Shown here piece by piece: positions 36,124 to 45,666 of a DNA stretch of 64,000 nt; position 1 is the first letter of the stretch, and each line of letters begins with the position of its first letter. Source of the DNA: Flavobacterium sp. (lineage in GTDB: Bacteria > Bacteroidota > Bacteroidia > Chitinophagales > Chitinophagaceae); the NCBI GenBank assembly GCA_030053925.1, contig JASGCX010000003.1:5133-69132 (forward strand). Reading direction: 5' to 3'. The position numbers and the translations under genes were made by a program. Below the pieces are notes generated by a model. That model had not been told where the DNA came from and did no database searches. It worked only from the letters and a program-made list of their open reading frames with translations.

Positions 36124-37125
36124 ATGAAGCATTTTGTCATTATTGCATTGGTTATTGGTAGTTTGTCTCAGGCTGCGGCACAACAGCCCACAACTAAAGA
36201 CATGTATCAAACTGCCAAAAATTTTATGCAGCAAGGCGATTATGACAATGCCACTTTAATTTTCAACAATCTACTAAAGCAAGAGCCAGATAATGTAGAT
36301 GTACTAAAAGATTTTGCTTACCTCAATTGCCTTAAAAGAGAATACCCAAAAGCAATTAGCATTGGCATATACTTAACCGAAAAGCCCGATGCAGATGTAC
36401 AATCTTTTCAAGTGCTAGGCATTGCATATAAAGGCAGTAAAAACTACACAAGCTGCGCCAAACTGTACCAAACGGCTTTAGCCAAGTTTCCTAACAGTGG
36501 TGTTTTGTACAACGAATATGGCGAATTGCTTGCCCTTGATGGCAACTTACCAATAGCCATACAAGCTTGGCAAACAGGTATTGTTAAAGACCCAAACTAT
36601 GCCAATAATTACTACAACGCCATTATGTATTTTGACCGATTTAACAAAAACTTACTGTGGCAATTATTGTACGGCGAAATATTTATTAACCTAGAAAGCT
36701 TTACACAACGCACCGCAGAAATTAAAAGTTTATTGCTTGACGGCTACAAAAAAATGTACACCGAATACGATGTAGAAACCCTAAGCACAGATTTGAACCT
36801 CACAGTTTTTGAGCGTAGCATTTACCAAAACCTAGCAAAAACCAAAGCCATTACTAGCACGGGTGTAACACCAGAAAATATTACAGCCATTAGAACACGT
36901 TTTGTACTAGACTGGTTTTACAATAAAACCGATGAAAAACAACCCTATCAACTATTTAACCACCACCAATATTTAATACGCGAAGGTATGTTTGATGCCT
37001 ACAACCAATGGTTATTTGGCGTTGCCGCAAGCCCATCTGCTTACCAAATATGGTTAAACACACACGATAAAGAAGCCGCCGCTTTTAAGCAATACCAGCA
37101 GAATAAGGTGTTTAAACTACATTAA
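36124..37125 (+). CDS. secreted TPR-like repeat protein
   Basis: 333 aa, with a signal peptide (SQAAAQ) and TPR-like helices (GDYDNATLIFNNLLKQEPDNVDVLKDFAYL). Confidence 0.6.
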   Translation: MKHFVIIALVIGSLSQAAAQQPTTKDMYQTAKNFMQQGDYDNATLIFNNLLKQEPDNVDVLKDFAYLNCLKREYPKAISIGIYLTEKPDADVQSFQVLGIAYKGSKNYTSCAKLYQTALAKFPNSGVLYNEYGELLALDGNLPIAIQAWQTGIVKDPNYANNYYNAIMYFDRFNKNLLWQLLYGEIFINLESFTQRTAEIKSLLLDGYKKMYTEYDVETLSTDLNLTVFERSIYQNLAKTKAITSTGVTPENITAIRTRFVLDWFYNKTDEKQPYQLFNHHQYLIREGMFDAYNQWLFGVAASPSAYQIWLNTHDKEAAAFKQYQQNKVFKLH

Positions 37126-37665
37126 CCGCATAACGCAAAATGTATTTCGTAGGTTACCAACTGTAGTGCTTTATTCGGCTACGCATAGCACACTGCAACA
37201 ATAGTAACCCTATGTAGCTTTTTCCAAAGCAATGACTATTTAAGCAATCACATAAAAAACATCCTTACCAAAACATTATTGTTTAAACCGTATTGGTGTA
37301 ATGCCATTACTAAGGCATTGTGGGTTTAACACTACTTATGTATCACCCATGTAAAATTGCTGTTGCTTTAATAGTTGCCACATAACGTTATTACCAAAGC
37401 AAAGTTGTTTCAACAGCAAGCCTATAACAGCAATACTAAGGCAAAATACATACACCAAGTCACAAAAAATCACAACCTTAAAAGCAGCCATCAAACACTA
37501 TTAAATAGGGCTACACACTCAAAAAATTGCGCATCATTACTAAAGCATCAAAACTTTATCTTCGCAATCCTTTTTAAGGTGGGTAAAGCCCAATAATGTA
37601 TCTAGCCGATGCAGTAGCAACACATTGCAATGCGTTTCTACTGCCGGTTACCAAAACAAAAAGCC

Positions 37666-39117
37666 ATGTTTAACAACAGAACAAAAATTAAAGCACTACT
37701 TGCAAGTGAGCAAACAGGTTACGAAGTGATTGTAATGGGTTGGGTTCGCACGTTTAGAAACAACCAGTTTATAGCCCTAAACGATGGTAGTACCAATAAT
37801 AATTTACAAATAGTAATAGCACTAGGTTTAGTAGACGATGAAACGCTGAAACGCTTAACCACAGGCACTTCTATTAAAGTAATAGGCACGGTGGTAGCAA
37901 GCTTAGGCAAGGGTCAATCGGTAGAAGTTAAAGCAACCACTTTAGAAATTTTAGGCGATAGCGATGCTGAAAAATATCCTCTACAACCTAAAAAACATAG
38001 CCTTGAGTTTTTACGTGAAAAAGCACATTTACGTTTTAGAACCAATACGTTTGGCGCCATTTTTCGTGTGCGTCACGCATTGGCATTTGCGGTGCATCAG
38101 TTTTTTAATAATCGTGGTTTTGTGTATTTACACACACCAATTATTACCGCTAGCGATGCCGAAGGTGCAGGCGAAATGTTTAGAGTAACCACCTTACCAA
38201 TGGATGGCAGCGCACCTAAAAATGAAGATGGCAGCATTAACTATGGCGAAGATTTTTTTGGCAAAAGCACCAACCTTACCGTAAGTGGCCAGCTTGAAGG
38301 CGAATTGGGTGCTATGGCTTTTAGCGATGTTTACACATTTGGCCCAACGTTTAGAGCCGAAAATAGCAACACGGCTCGTCACCTTGCAGAGTTTTGGATG
38401 ATTGAACCAGAAGTTGCCTTTAACGACCTAGAAGACAATATGGATTTGGCTGAAGACTTTATCCAATACTTAATTAAGTACGTAATAGACAACAATTTGG
38501 AAGACCTTGCGTTTTTAGATCAACGCCTAGCAGAAGAAGAACAACAAAAGCCGCAAGCAGAGCGTCAAGAGTTTGGTTTGCTAGAAAAATTACGCTTTGT
38601 AACCGATAATAAATTTGAACGCATTACTTATACCCAAGCCATTGAAGTTTTGTTAAATTCGCCTCATTACAAAAAGAAAAAGTTTAAGTACGATGTATCT
38701 TGGGGTATTGATATGCAAAGTGAACATGAACGCTACTTGGTAGAAAAACACTTTAAAAAACCAGTAATTGTTACCAATTATCCGGCTGCCATTAAAGCAT
38801 TTTACATGCGCTTAAATGATGGTTGCGAACAAGGTAAACAAACCGTTGCAGCTATGGATATTTTAGCACCTGGCATTGGTGAAATTGTAGGCGGTAGCCA
38901 AAGAGAAGAGCGCTTAGAAAAATTAGAAGCTCGTATGGCAAACATGCACATACCTGCCGAAGAAATGAGCTGGTACTTAGATACACGTAGGTTTGGTAGC
39001 GTACCACATGCTGGCTTTGGGCTTGGCTTTGAGCGTATGGTATTATTTGTAACCGGTATGACAAACATTAGAGACGTAATACCTTTTGCAAGAACACCAA
39101 AAAACTGTGAGTTCTAG
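37666..39117 (+). CDS. asnS: asparagine--tRNA ligase
   Basis: Class IIb motifs [44 protein letters not shown]. The start is placed at [11 protein letters not shown] (37666) rather than at the ORF-track start 37630. Confidence 0.9.
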   Translation: MFNNRTKIKALLASEQTGYEVIVMGWVRTFRNNQFIALNDGSTNNNLQIVIALGLVDDETLKRLTTGTSIKVIGTVVASLGKGQSVEVKATTLEILGDSDAEKYPLQPKKHSLEFLREKAHLRFRTNTFGAIFRVRHALAFAVHQFFNNRGFVYLHTPIITASDAEGAGEMFRVTTLPMDGSAPKNEDGSINYGEDFFGKSTNLTVSGQLEGELGAMAFSDVYTFGPTFRAENSNTARHLAEFWMIEPEVAFNDLEDNMDLAEDFIQYLIKYVIDNNLEDLAFLDQRLAEEEQQKPQAERQEFGLLEKLRFVTDNKFERITYTQAIEVLLNSPHYKKKKFKYDVSWGIDMQSEHERYLVEKHFKKPVIVTNYPAAIKAFYMRLNDGCEQGKQTVAAMDILAPGIGEIVGGSQREERLEKLEARMANMHIPAEEMSWYLDTRRFGSVPHAGFGLGFERMVLFVTGMTNIRDVIPFARTPKNCEF

Positions 39118-39129
39118 CCACGTCTCAAT

Positions 39130-39354
39130 ATGTTTTTGGGTTTGGAGATTATTGGCATTAGCCACCCTCAACAAATAAGTACCTTAAAATACTTTTTAGA
39201 AGGTTATATTGGGGTAGATGGTAACCACCACGGCACACTAACCTTAAAAATGGTAGCTGAACTATGTGGCAATCATGCGGCTAAATGGCAAGCGGCTACC
39301 AAAGCGGCTATTTTAGCCTTTTCAAAAGCAACAATTACTGTGGAAGGCCATTAG
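39130..39354 (+). CDS. hypothetical small protein
   Basis: 74-aa ORF lying 12 nt after asnS, with composition like the neighbouring coding DNA. No motif recognised. Confidence 0.35.
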   Translation: MFLGLEIIGISHPQQISTLKYFLEGYIGVDGNHHGTLTLKMVAELCGNHAAKWQAATKAAILAFSKATITVEGH

Positions 39355-39439
39355 CCAAAAGCTAAATGAAGTAGTTTCTCTAATCTAATAAAAATTATTT
39401 TAAGATTTCTTTAAAAAAACTATCAAATTATTTCTCAAA

Positions 39440-39462
39440 TTGCAAACTAGCTATTATATTTG
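39440..39462 (+). promoter_or_regulatory. candidate Bacteroidota-type promoter for tRNA-Phe
   Basis: TATATTTG (39455-39462) fits the -7 consensus TAnnTTTG, 15 nt before the tRNA 5' end. A TTG lies at 39440-39442, though its spacing to the -7 element is shorter than canonical. Confidence 0.3.
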
Positions 39463-39477
39463 CAGCCCTTTACGGAT

Positions 39478-39550
39478 GGTGCGGTAGCTCAGTCGGTAGA
39501 GCAAAGGACTGAAAATCCTTGTGTCGCCGGTTCGATCCCGGCTCACACCA
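39478..39550 (+). tRNA. tRNA-Phe (anticodon GAA)
   Basis: Folded by hand as GGTGCGG TA GCTC AGTCGGTA GAGC A AAGGA CTGAAAA TCCTT GTGTC GCCGG TTCGATC CCGGC TCACACC A. There is one C:A mismatch in the acceptor stem, and CCA is not encoded. Confidence 0.9.
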
Positions 39551-39560
39551 CAACAAAATC

Positions 39561-39595
39561 AAGCCTTTCAGCGTAAAAACTGAAAGGCTTTTTTG
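39561..39595 (+). terminator. rho-independent terminator after the tRNA
   Basis: AAGCCTTTCAG cgtaaaaa CTGAAAGGCTT followed by TTTT. Confidence 0.85.
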
Positions 39596-39758
39596 TTTCA
39601 CTACAACAATACGGTTTTATTAAATTTTTTGTGAGATAAAATAAAAACGTCTCAAAAAATAATCATTCGCAATATTTGCTTGTGGCATTTCAAGGTAATA
39701 AGATGGCATACTTTAAGACACTTGAAATATTTTAATTTTTACTATTTATTTTTTTAAA

Positions 39759-41150
39759 TTAAATATCAAGCGCTTTAAGTTCACGATTAATAGTGGGTAC
39801 TGCATCTATAAGTATGATTGATTCAATACCAATATCGCATAATAACTCATAGTAATAAACAACCTGCTTCATTTCCTTATTGTTAAGATGGTGCTGTAGT
39901 TTAATTAGAAAAAAGTAATTGAGTTCTACAAGCGTAAATGCTACTGTTTGAGGAAACAAGTGAGTAATGCTTTCTGCCTCGTACACATACTTGTATTTTG
40001 CAACATCTTCCTCATTTTCAAATAATTCATGTGCTACTATTGACAGTAATGCTAAGGGATGTTTATCAGATTGTTGCTGTAATAAAGTTTTAACTTCTGT
40101 ATAAAGTTTTGGTTTTTCAGTTGCATTTATATTTTCGAAAATACCGCTAACAATTTGTACATTATCACTATATTTTGCAAGCAACTTATTAAAATATGGA
40201 TCCACTTTTGCTTCATCTGCTTCATCCGAAAAATTTACATCCGTACTAAAATATACTTGCGCTTCTGACCATTTTTTTTCAAATACAAAGTAGGCTTCAT
40301 CATTAACAGTTTGTGGTTTGTCTATTGCATTATCAATTAAATCATAATTCAACTCACCAAATTCCTCGGCTAATGCAGCATAATCTGGTTTTATCAAGCG
40401 CAATAGTCTCAATTGCAATTCAAGCATTATATAACACTGTTCTATATAAGTACGATTTTCAAATTGTCCATCAACTGGCAAATGCTTAAACCTTATGCCT
40501 CTAGCTATTTTGTGGTCAATTTCGCCTATGGCATAATCGCTAATAAAATTATCATTTTCATCTTCATCTTCATCTTCATTTTCATCTTCATATTCATCTT
40601 CATCTATCGAATTGCTTTCGTTTAAAACAGTGTACGCATAATTGCCTTCGCCAGCATACTTCTCCAATTTTACAAGGGCATCTCTGTATTGATTAGCATT
40701 TTCAACAAATAAATGAGGGTTGCCGTCTTGATCACCAACTGTAATATCAATTAATGGTATAGCATCATTGTCTTCTTCTAAAATAAATTTAGAAATTTCA
40801 AAATCTGGATGTGGTTCAATATTAAACTCTTGTGCAAAATCGTGACCTGCATAAATAATGTTATGGGCAAGATTGTAGTCTATTTCTTCAAAATCATGCA
40901 TAAAATTTCCGTAGCGTTCTAGCACTTCAGATTCATGTACATTAAAGAAATAAAAGGTGTCTTTAATACCTAGGCATAGCAAATCTATTAAATAGACACC
41001 TGCGGTCACTTTGCCATTTACATGCCTACGTAATATATTAATATTTGCTAGCTTGCTAACTTTCCAACCTTTATTAATTATACATTTATATATTGGTAAC
41101 GATCTTGCTTTTGTTTGAATGTATTTTTTTGGCGATAATACTACTTGCAT
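39759..41150 (-). CDS. hypothetical protein with central poly-acidic (D/E) tract
   Basis: 463 aa. N-terminal KKYIQTKARSLPIYKCIINKGW...GVYLIDLLCLGIKDTFY resembles a hypothetical-protein family I recall as widespread in Bacteroidota (unverified). DEDEYEDENEDEDEDENDN is encoded by an imperfect TCTTCA repeat at 40553-40606. Confidence 0.7.
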   Translation of the reverse strand: MQVVLSPKKYIQTKARSLPIYKCIINKGWKVSKLANINILRRHVNGKVTAGVYLIDLLCLGIKDTFYFFNVHESEVLERYGNFMHDFEEIDYNLAHNIIYAGHDFAQEFNIEPHPDFEISKFILEEDNDAIPLIDITVGDQDGNPHLFVENANQYRDALVKLEKYAGEGNYAYTVLNESNSIDEDEYEDENEDEDEDENDNFISDYAIGEIDHKIARGIRFKHLPVDGQFENRTYIEQCYIMLELQLRLLRLIKPDYAALAEEFGELNYDLIDNAIDKPQTVNDEAYFVFEKKWSEAQVYFSTDVNFSDEADEAKVDPYFNKLLAKYSDNVQIVSGIFENINATEKPKLYTEVKTLLQQQSDKHPLALLSIVAHELFENEEDVAKYKYVYEAESITHLFPQTVAFTLVELNYFFLIKLQHHLNNKEMKQVVYYYELLCDIGIESIILIDAVPTINRELKALDI

Positions 41151-41614
41151 AATTTTAACTATAATGTGAGTTTGGTTTAAGAAACAACAAAAAAGGGGTG
41201 GTTATTGTCTATTAATTGTACCACTACTTTATAAACTATCCGTCACCTTTTTGGCAAGGGTAAAATTAGAGAAATTATTGTAACTGCCTATGGTTTTTGT
41301 ATTTCTCATTTGTAGATTGTATGTAACAATACCGGCTAGAAAGCAATGAAATTAGGCATCGTAACCAAAAAGCCTCTTTCGCAGATTCTGAAATTATTGC
41401 CATTCTTATCTTCTTTTGAACAGGGCTTGCCGAAGTGGGTGAAAGAATTGAGTCCGCCCGGCTAACTGAAGCCAAATTGAAAAACAAAAAGTTGAAACAC
41501 GGCTTCCGTCCACCCCCATTTTAGCAAACCCCATGTTATGCGTTCGCCCTTCTTCTCGGTCTGTCAAGTTGTGTTCTGTGTCCAAAAAAGCAAAGTGTGT
41601 CGCAATTACATCTT

Positions 41615-43600
41615 TTAAACAAGTTCAAGATTGATACTTTCAATTTGATTTCTTGATTCTTGTCTAAGTTCAAATGCCCTTTTCATTTTTTTACTAATTT
41701 CTTTCATCGTCTTGTCGCTTGGAATATTAATTAAAGTATTTGCTAAATCAATGTCTGAAACATTTGGAATTGCCGCACCTGTACGATACATAAACATTTG
41801 CTTTAAAAACACTTCTGATTTAAGAAAGAATAATAAAAAGTAGCTGTCAATTTTAAAGTTTCGTAAAACTCTAAAGCCATTCGTACAAATACTACCTTCA
41901 AATTCTTTTGTAACTAATGCCGTGGCATGTTTCCTTGTACCGACTGAATTCCCTGCAATTGCAGTTATAATGTCGCCCTCTTGAATTTCATAACATGCTC
42001 TACTTGGGAGTTCGTGAACTTGGTAAGTTGTTGAATTTATTATTTCGTATGAATGTGTATTAATGTCTGACAGCTCAACGTATTCAACAGTCAAGTTTTG
42101 GTCTTTAAGTTTTCTGCTTTTAATTTTTATAATGTCGCAAATGTCTCCTAAACGTACCGTTTTACCACTATCTAAATTGGAAAACATTTTTCGGTTTTCT
42201 GGGGAATAAAAGTCAAAATCAAACCTGCCATTCAATTCTTCATAACTGAGTGAAAAGTAATTTTCATTTTCAATTATTTGCCCTTTCTGAAACTCTTTGT
42301 AAGCCTCAACAATTACACTAAAATCTTCATCTAAAATCGGCTGTTTATTTGAGTCCTTTATTACTTGTCCGTATTTATCTTTTTGGTATAAAGGTGTACC
42401 ATTTTTATTGCCTTGATAGCCCAACTTTCTCACTCTACCAAAGAAAATGGGGTACTGTCTTATTGTATTAGGCGTATCCTTTTCTAAAAAAAGGAGTGAA
42501 GTTTTTACACCTGTTCCAAAAGGAATAAAAGTTTCTTGCGGAAGATTTACTATTGCTAAAATTTTGGCTTTTAATTTAATGTAATAGCGTAAATATTCTA
42601 ATGAAGGGTTTTCAAAATTCCCATTAGGTAAAACAATTCCCATTCTTCCACCTTCATTTAAGAGTTGCAAGCAGCGTTCAATGAATAAGATTTCAGCGTT
42701 TTGATTTGGATAGACCGACTTTGTTTTATAATATTCTTTGTTATGGTTTGTCCATTTATATCCCAGGTCATATTTCGAAAGCGTTGCTGTATTTGTTATT
42801 TTAGCGCCAAATGGAGGGTTTGCTAAAATTAAATCAAAACCGCCTGAATGAGATAATGATAGTTTTATGCTGTCTAAATCTTCTAATGAGTTTGTACAAA
42901 GTACATTGGTTTTACCATTAGCCTCTAAAAGCAATTTCATTTTAGCAATTCGAGCAATGCTTTTATTGATGTCCAAACCAAAAAGATTTTTTGACACTAC
43001 TTTTTTCGTATCAAGTTTAGCATAGTTATTTTGTAAATATTTTAATGCAGACATTAAAAAACCGCCACTTCCACAGGCTGGGTCAATAATTGTTTCGTTG
43101 GGTTTAGGCTGCATCATAGCAACACAAAAATCTATTACTGGTTCGGGTGTGAAAAACTGTCCTCTGCCATCTTTTTCATGATGAGAAAGGAATTTTTGAA
43201 AGGCTAATCCTTTAGCATCTTGTGATGAATTAAGAAGTGAAATGCTTTGTAGTTTATTAATTGTAAAACCCAAAGCAATTGGGCTAATTCTTATACGGTC
43301 GTCATTATCAAAAATATCTTTGTATGCTTGCTTGGTTTGTTCAAATAGGGAAGATATACGTTCAGTTATCGAATGAACGGCTTTGCCAGTTTTCACTTCA
43401 TTCCATTCTTCTGTTGAAATTGTAAATTGATTAAGACTTTCGTTTTCGTCAAAAATTTTGATAAACAAAATTTTGACAAACTCTTCTAAAATTTGTTGGG
43501 GAGATAATCCATCATTAGCGTAGATGTAATCATGGATTTCTTCAAATTTTTTTAGAAGATTATCCTCTTTTGTTAGCTGGAGGTCAAATAGAGAACTCAT
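41615..43600 (-). CDS. N6-adenine DNA methyltransferase (gamma-class, HsdM-like) fused to a single HsdS-like target-recognition domain
   Basis: 661 aa; motif I IIDPACGSGGFL; motif IV LILANPPFGAK. The C-terminal ~190 aa (RLGDICDIIKIKSRK...GDIITAIAGNSVG...ICTNGFRVL) looks like a type I S-subunit half. Confidence 0.8.
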   Translation of the reverse strand: MSSLFDLQLTKEDNLLKKFEEIHDYIYANDGLSPQQILEEFVKILFIKIFDENESLNQFTISTEEWNEVKTGKAVHSITERISSLFEQTKQAYKDIFDNDDRIRISPIALGFTINKLQSISLLNSSQDAKGLAFQKFLSHHEKDGRGQFFTPEPVIDFCVAMMQPKPNETIIDPACGSGGFLMSALKYLQNNYAKLDTKKVVSKNLFGLDINKSIARIAKMKLLLEANGKTNVLCTNSLEDLDSIKLSLSHSGGFDLILANPPFGAKITNTATLSKYDLGYKWTNHNKEYYKTKSVYPNQNAEILFIERCLQLLNEGGRMGIVLPNGNFENPSLEYLRYYIKLKAKILAIVNLPQETFIPFGTGVKTSLLFLEKDTPNTIRQYPIFFGRVRKLGYQGNKNGTPLYQKDKYGQVIKDSNKQPILDEDFSVIVEAYKEFQKGQIIENENYFSLSYEELNGRFDFDFYSPENRKMFSNLDSGKTVRLGDICDIIKIKSRKLKDQNLTVEYVELSDINTHSYEIINSTTYQVHELPSRACYEIQEGDIITAIAGNSVGTRKHATALVTKEFEGSICTNGFRVLRNFKIDSYFLLFFLKSEVFLKQMFMYRTGAAIPNVSDIDLANTLINIPSDKTMKEISKKMKRAFELRQESRNQIESINLELV

Positions 43601-43625
43601 ATTTTACACATTTGTGTAAATAAAA

Positions 43626-44588
43626 TCATTTATCTTCAACAATTACATTCCTATTGTCAATTTGCATCTCATCATTTGCAACGGCATCAGCATGGGCAAG
43701 GGTTTCGCAGACATCATTAAAACTGTCATACCATTCGTCTGTTAAATCTAATTCCAAACTGCCATCAGGTTGAGTGAAAACAAAACCCATAATATAGTTT
43801 TGTTGTAAATGGTTCGCATCTTTCCCTGATGAATCTAATTGTTTCGGATTTGCAAAAAGAAATTTATGTTCATTATAACGTAGTACAATATTTATTGAAA
43901 TTAAGTTGAATTCATCTTTTCTTGGAGTTGCCTGTATTCGTTCACTTGCACCTGATGTTCCCGAAACAAAGTGAGTGTCAAGTACCATAACTTTTGACAT
44001 AACATACCGCAACCTGTCTTTAATCATTGTATCAATCTCTTCTCTTGAGTATGCAGCTAATGCTTGCATTGCAACCATCTTTGCCGTCTCCTTTTTTGGA
44101 GGATTGTTCAAATAGTCGTGTATTTCTTCATAGGTATAAAGAGTTGGAGCATTGAGAAGGTCAGGTAAATTAGCTGCAATCCACTCGTCAATTTGTGGTT
44201 CAATTTCATGTTCCCTGTCAAGCCAATGAATTACTTCGTTGTAATCAAAAAGCATCTTTTTTAATCTTGGAAGATTGTATAATTTATTCCAATCTTCTGT
44301 GTTTGATTTTACTCCTTTTGATTCCAATACAAACCAATCCTCTGTTCCATTTTTTTTGAAATACAAATCCCCGTGATGATTGGCGTGCTTTTTACCTTCC
44401 CATTTTTCTTTTATTCTTTTTACTTCATAGCCTAAACCTTCCAAATGCTGTTTTAATAATAATTCTGTTATTGAACCATATACATATCCTTGTGCATTTG
44501 GACTTATTCGTAATGCTTCTAAAAATATTTCTAATGTTGTCTTGAAAGTCTTTGTAACAAATGCTTCAAGGCTTTGAAAAATATTCAT
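43626..44588 (-). CDS. putative restriction endonuclease (PD-(D/E)XK-like motif), partner of the methyltransferase
   Basis: 320 aa. HHGDLYFKKNGTEDWFVLESKGVK gives D-x15-E-x-K. It lies 25 bp upstream of, and is co-oriented with, the methyltransferase. No other motif recognised. Confidence 0.5.
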   Translation of the reverse strand: MNIFQSLEAFVTKTFKTTLEIFLEALRISPNAQGYVYGSITELLLKQHLEGLGYEVKRIKEKWEGKKHANHHGDLYFKKNGTEDWFVLESKGVKSNTEDWNKLYNLPRLKKMLFDYNEVIHWLDREHEIEPQIDEWIAANLPDLLNAPTLYTYEEIHDYLNNPPKKETAKMVAMQALAAYSREEIDTMIKDRLRYVMSKVMVLDTHFVSGTSGASERIQATPRKDEFNLISINIVLRYNEHKFLFANPKQLDSSGKDANHLQQNYIMGFVFTQPDGSLELDLTDEWYDSFNDVCETLAHADAVANDEMQIDNRNVIVEDK

Positions 44589-45666
44589 CTACCTTATTTA
44601 GTTTTTTGCGAAGTTAAATTTTATCTCGCTAATCGTCACCTAATTAAAGAACTGCTTTTACTTCTCTCGAATTTCGTAGGGTGACGCATAACACTACAGT
44701 TCATTCACCAATTTTAAACATTACTACCTGCGGCAGGTACATACTGCAGTTTTGGGGAAAATTTTAACTGCAAGAAAACGTTTCTGTTATAAGCGCAACA
44801 GCAAGAAAACTAAGTGTAATTGTTTTTAATATGCTTGTGAAAAAATATATTTTACTATAATCAAAAAGAATACTTATATTTGAATGAAATAAGAAAAATA
44901 GCCATTTAAAAAAAAGTACAAAAACAATTAGCAAATTATCAGTTTATAATAAATAGTTTCTATTTTGAACTAATTGATTTGTAATAAAATAGAAAAGCGT
45001 TAGTTAGAATGTAACCGCAGGTTCAAGCATCTTGGCAATTGTATAATTCAAATATGTGATTATAAATAATAAACTAAAATATAAGAACAATTGATAATTT
45101 ATTTACAGGTAATTCAAAAAACGTATTAGAAGTGGTTACTAAGTTTACAGAAAATCAATAAGCAAAATCAAAATTTGGTATTGCTTTCGTATAAGACTTG
45201 TTATATATAGTATATCTTCTTCAACATACAAATTTTTACTTGATACAATTTTGTTGGCTAAAGTTCTAATGGGTTTAAAAGGTGCTTTTTATAATTTTTA
45301 TTCTTAATGAAGAATACGGCTACCTAGAATTTTTGGTGTTGATAGGATGGGCTAAATATTTATAAACAAAGACACAATAAATATAAAATTACCTATACAT
45401 ATACAATTTAAGCGAAGGCAATAACTGGAGTTTTTTTAAGTGGGCTTCTGCAAAAATAAGTACACGGCCACTAACAAATGTATTGCTGGCAAAGGGTACT
45501 TAACATAATTCTGCTTGGCAGTTAGTTGTTAAATTGTGCTTTTTAGTTATTATTCTATTTCCGTTGTGGGCAGGCATAGCATCAAATATCTCATCTACGG
45601 TAATACTTTTTAGTTAGCGGTAATTGTAAAAGCAACATAATCATTAAAAACAAAAATAGAATATAC

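Noticed and set aside
37126-37665. 540-bp ORF-poor leader upstream of asnS, with imperfect stem-loops at about 37159-37218 and 37283-37329. It was examined for a T-box, riboswitch or sRNA. ORF 37375-37596 lies within it.
   Set aside because: No specifier/T-box or known riboswitch core was recognisable. The 73-aa ORF is low-complexity (K/Q/N/H-rich), and the hairpins are modest. Evidence is insufficient to call anything.
41430-41477. tRNA-like T-arm or att-site remnant (GGGTG...TTGAGTCCGCCC GGCTAACTGAAGCC) in the spacer downstream of the methyltransferase.
   Set aside because: The loop sizes do not fit a T-arm. Identity with the tRNA-Phe 3' end is limited to CCCGGCT, and no acceptor-stem equivalent is present.
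41275-41487. 70-aa minus-strand ORF in the spacer downstream of the methyltransferase.
   Set aside because: No motif is present. It overlaps regions where other frames look equally or more protein-like. It is treated as part of a decayed or non-coding region rather than as a gene.
44744-44749. CTGCAG (PstI site) next to the dyad upstream of the nuclease candidate, as a hint that the module is PstI/BsuBI-like.
   Set aside because: A single hexamer occurrence carries no information. The gene sizes and orientation do not match my recollection of the PstI system. No family claim is made.
45010-45040. GGTTCAAGC-containing stretch as a possible direct repeat of the tRNA-Phe 3' end (island att site).
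   Set aside because: Only the GGTTC pentamer and scattered bases match GGTTCGATCCCGGCTCACACCA, which is indistinguishable from chance.
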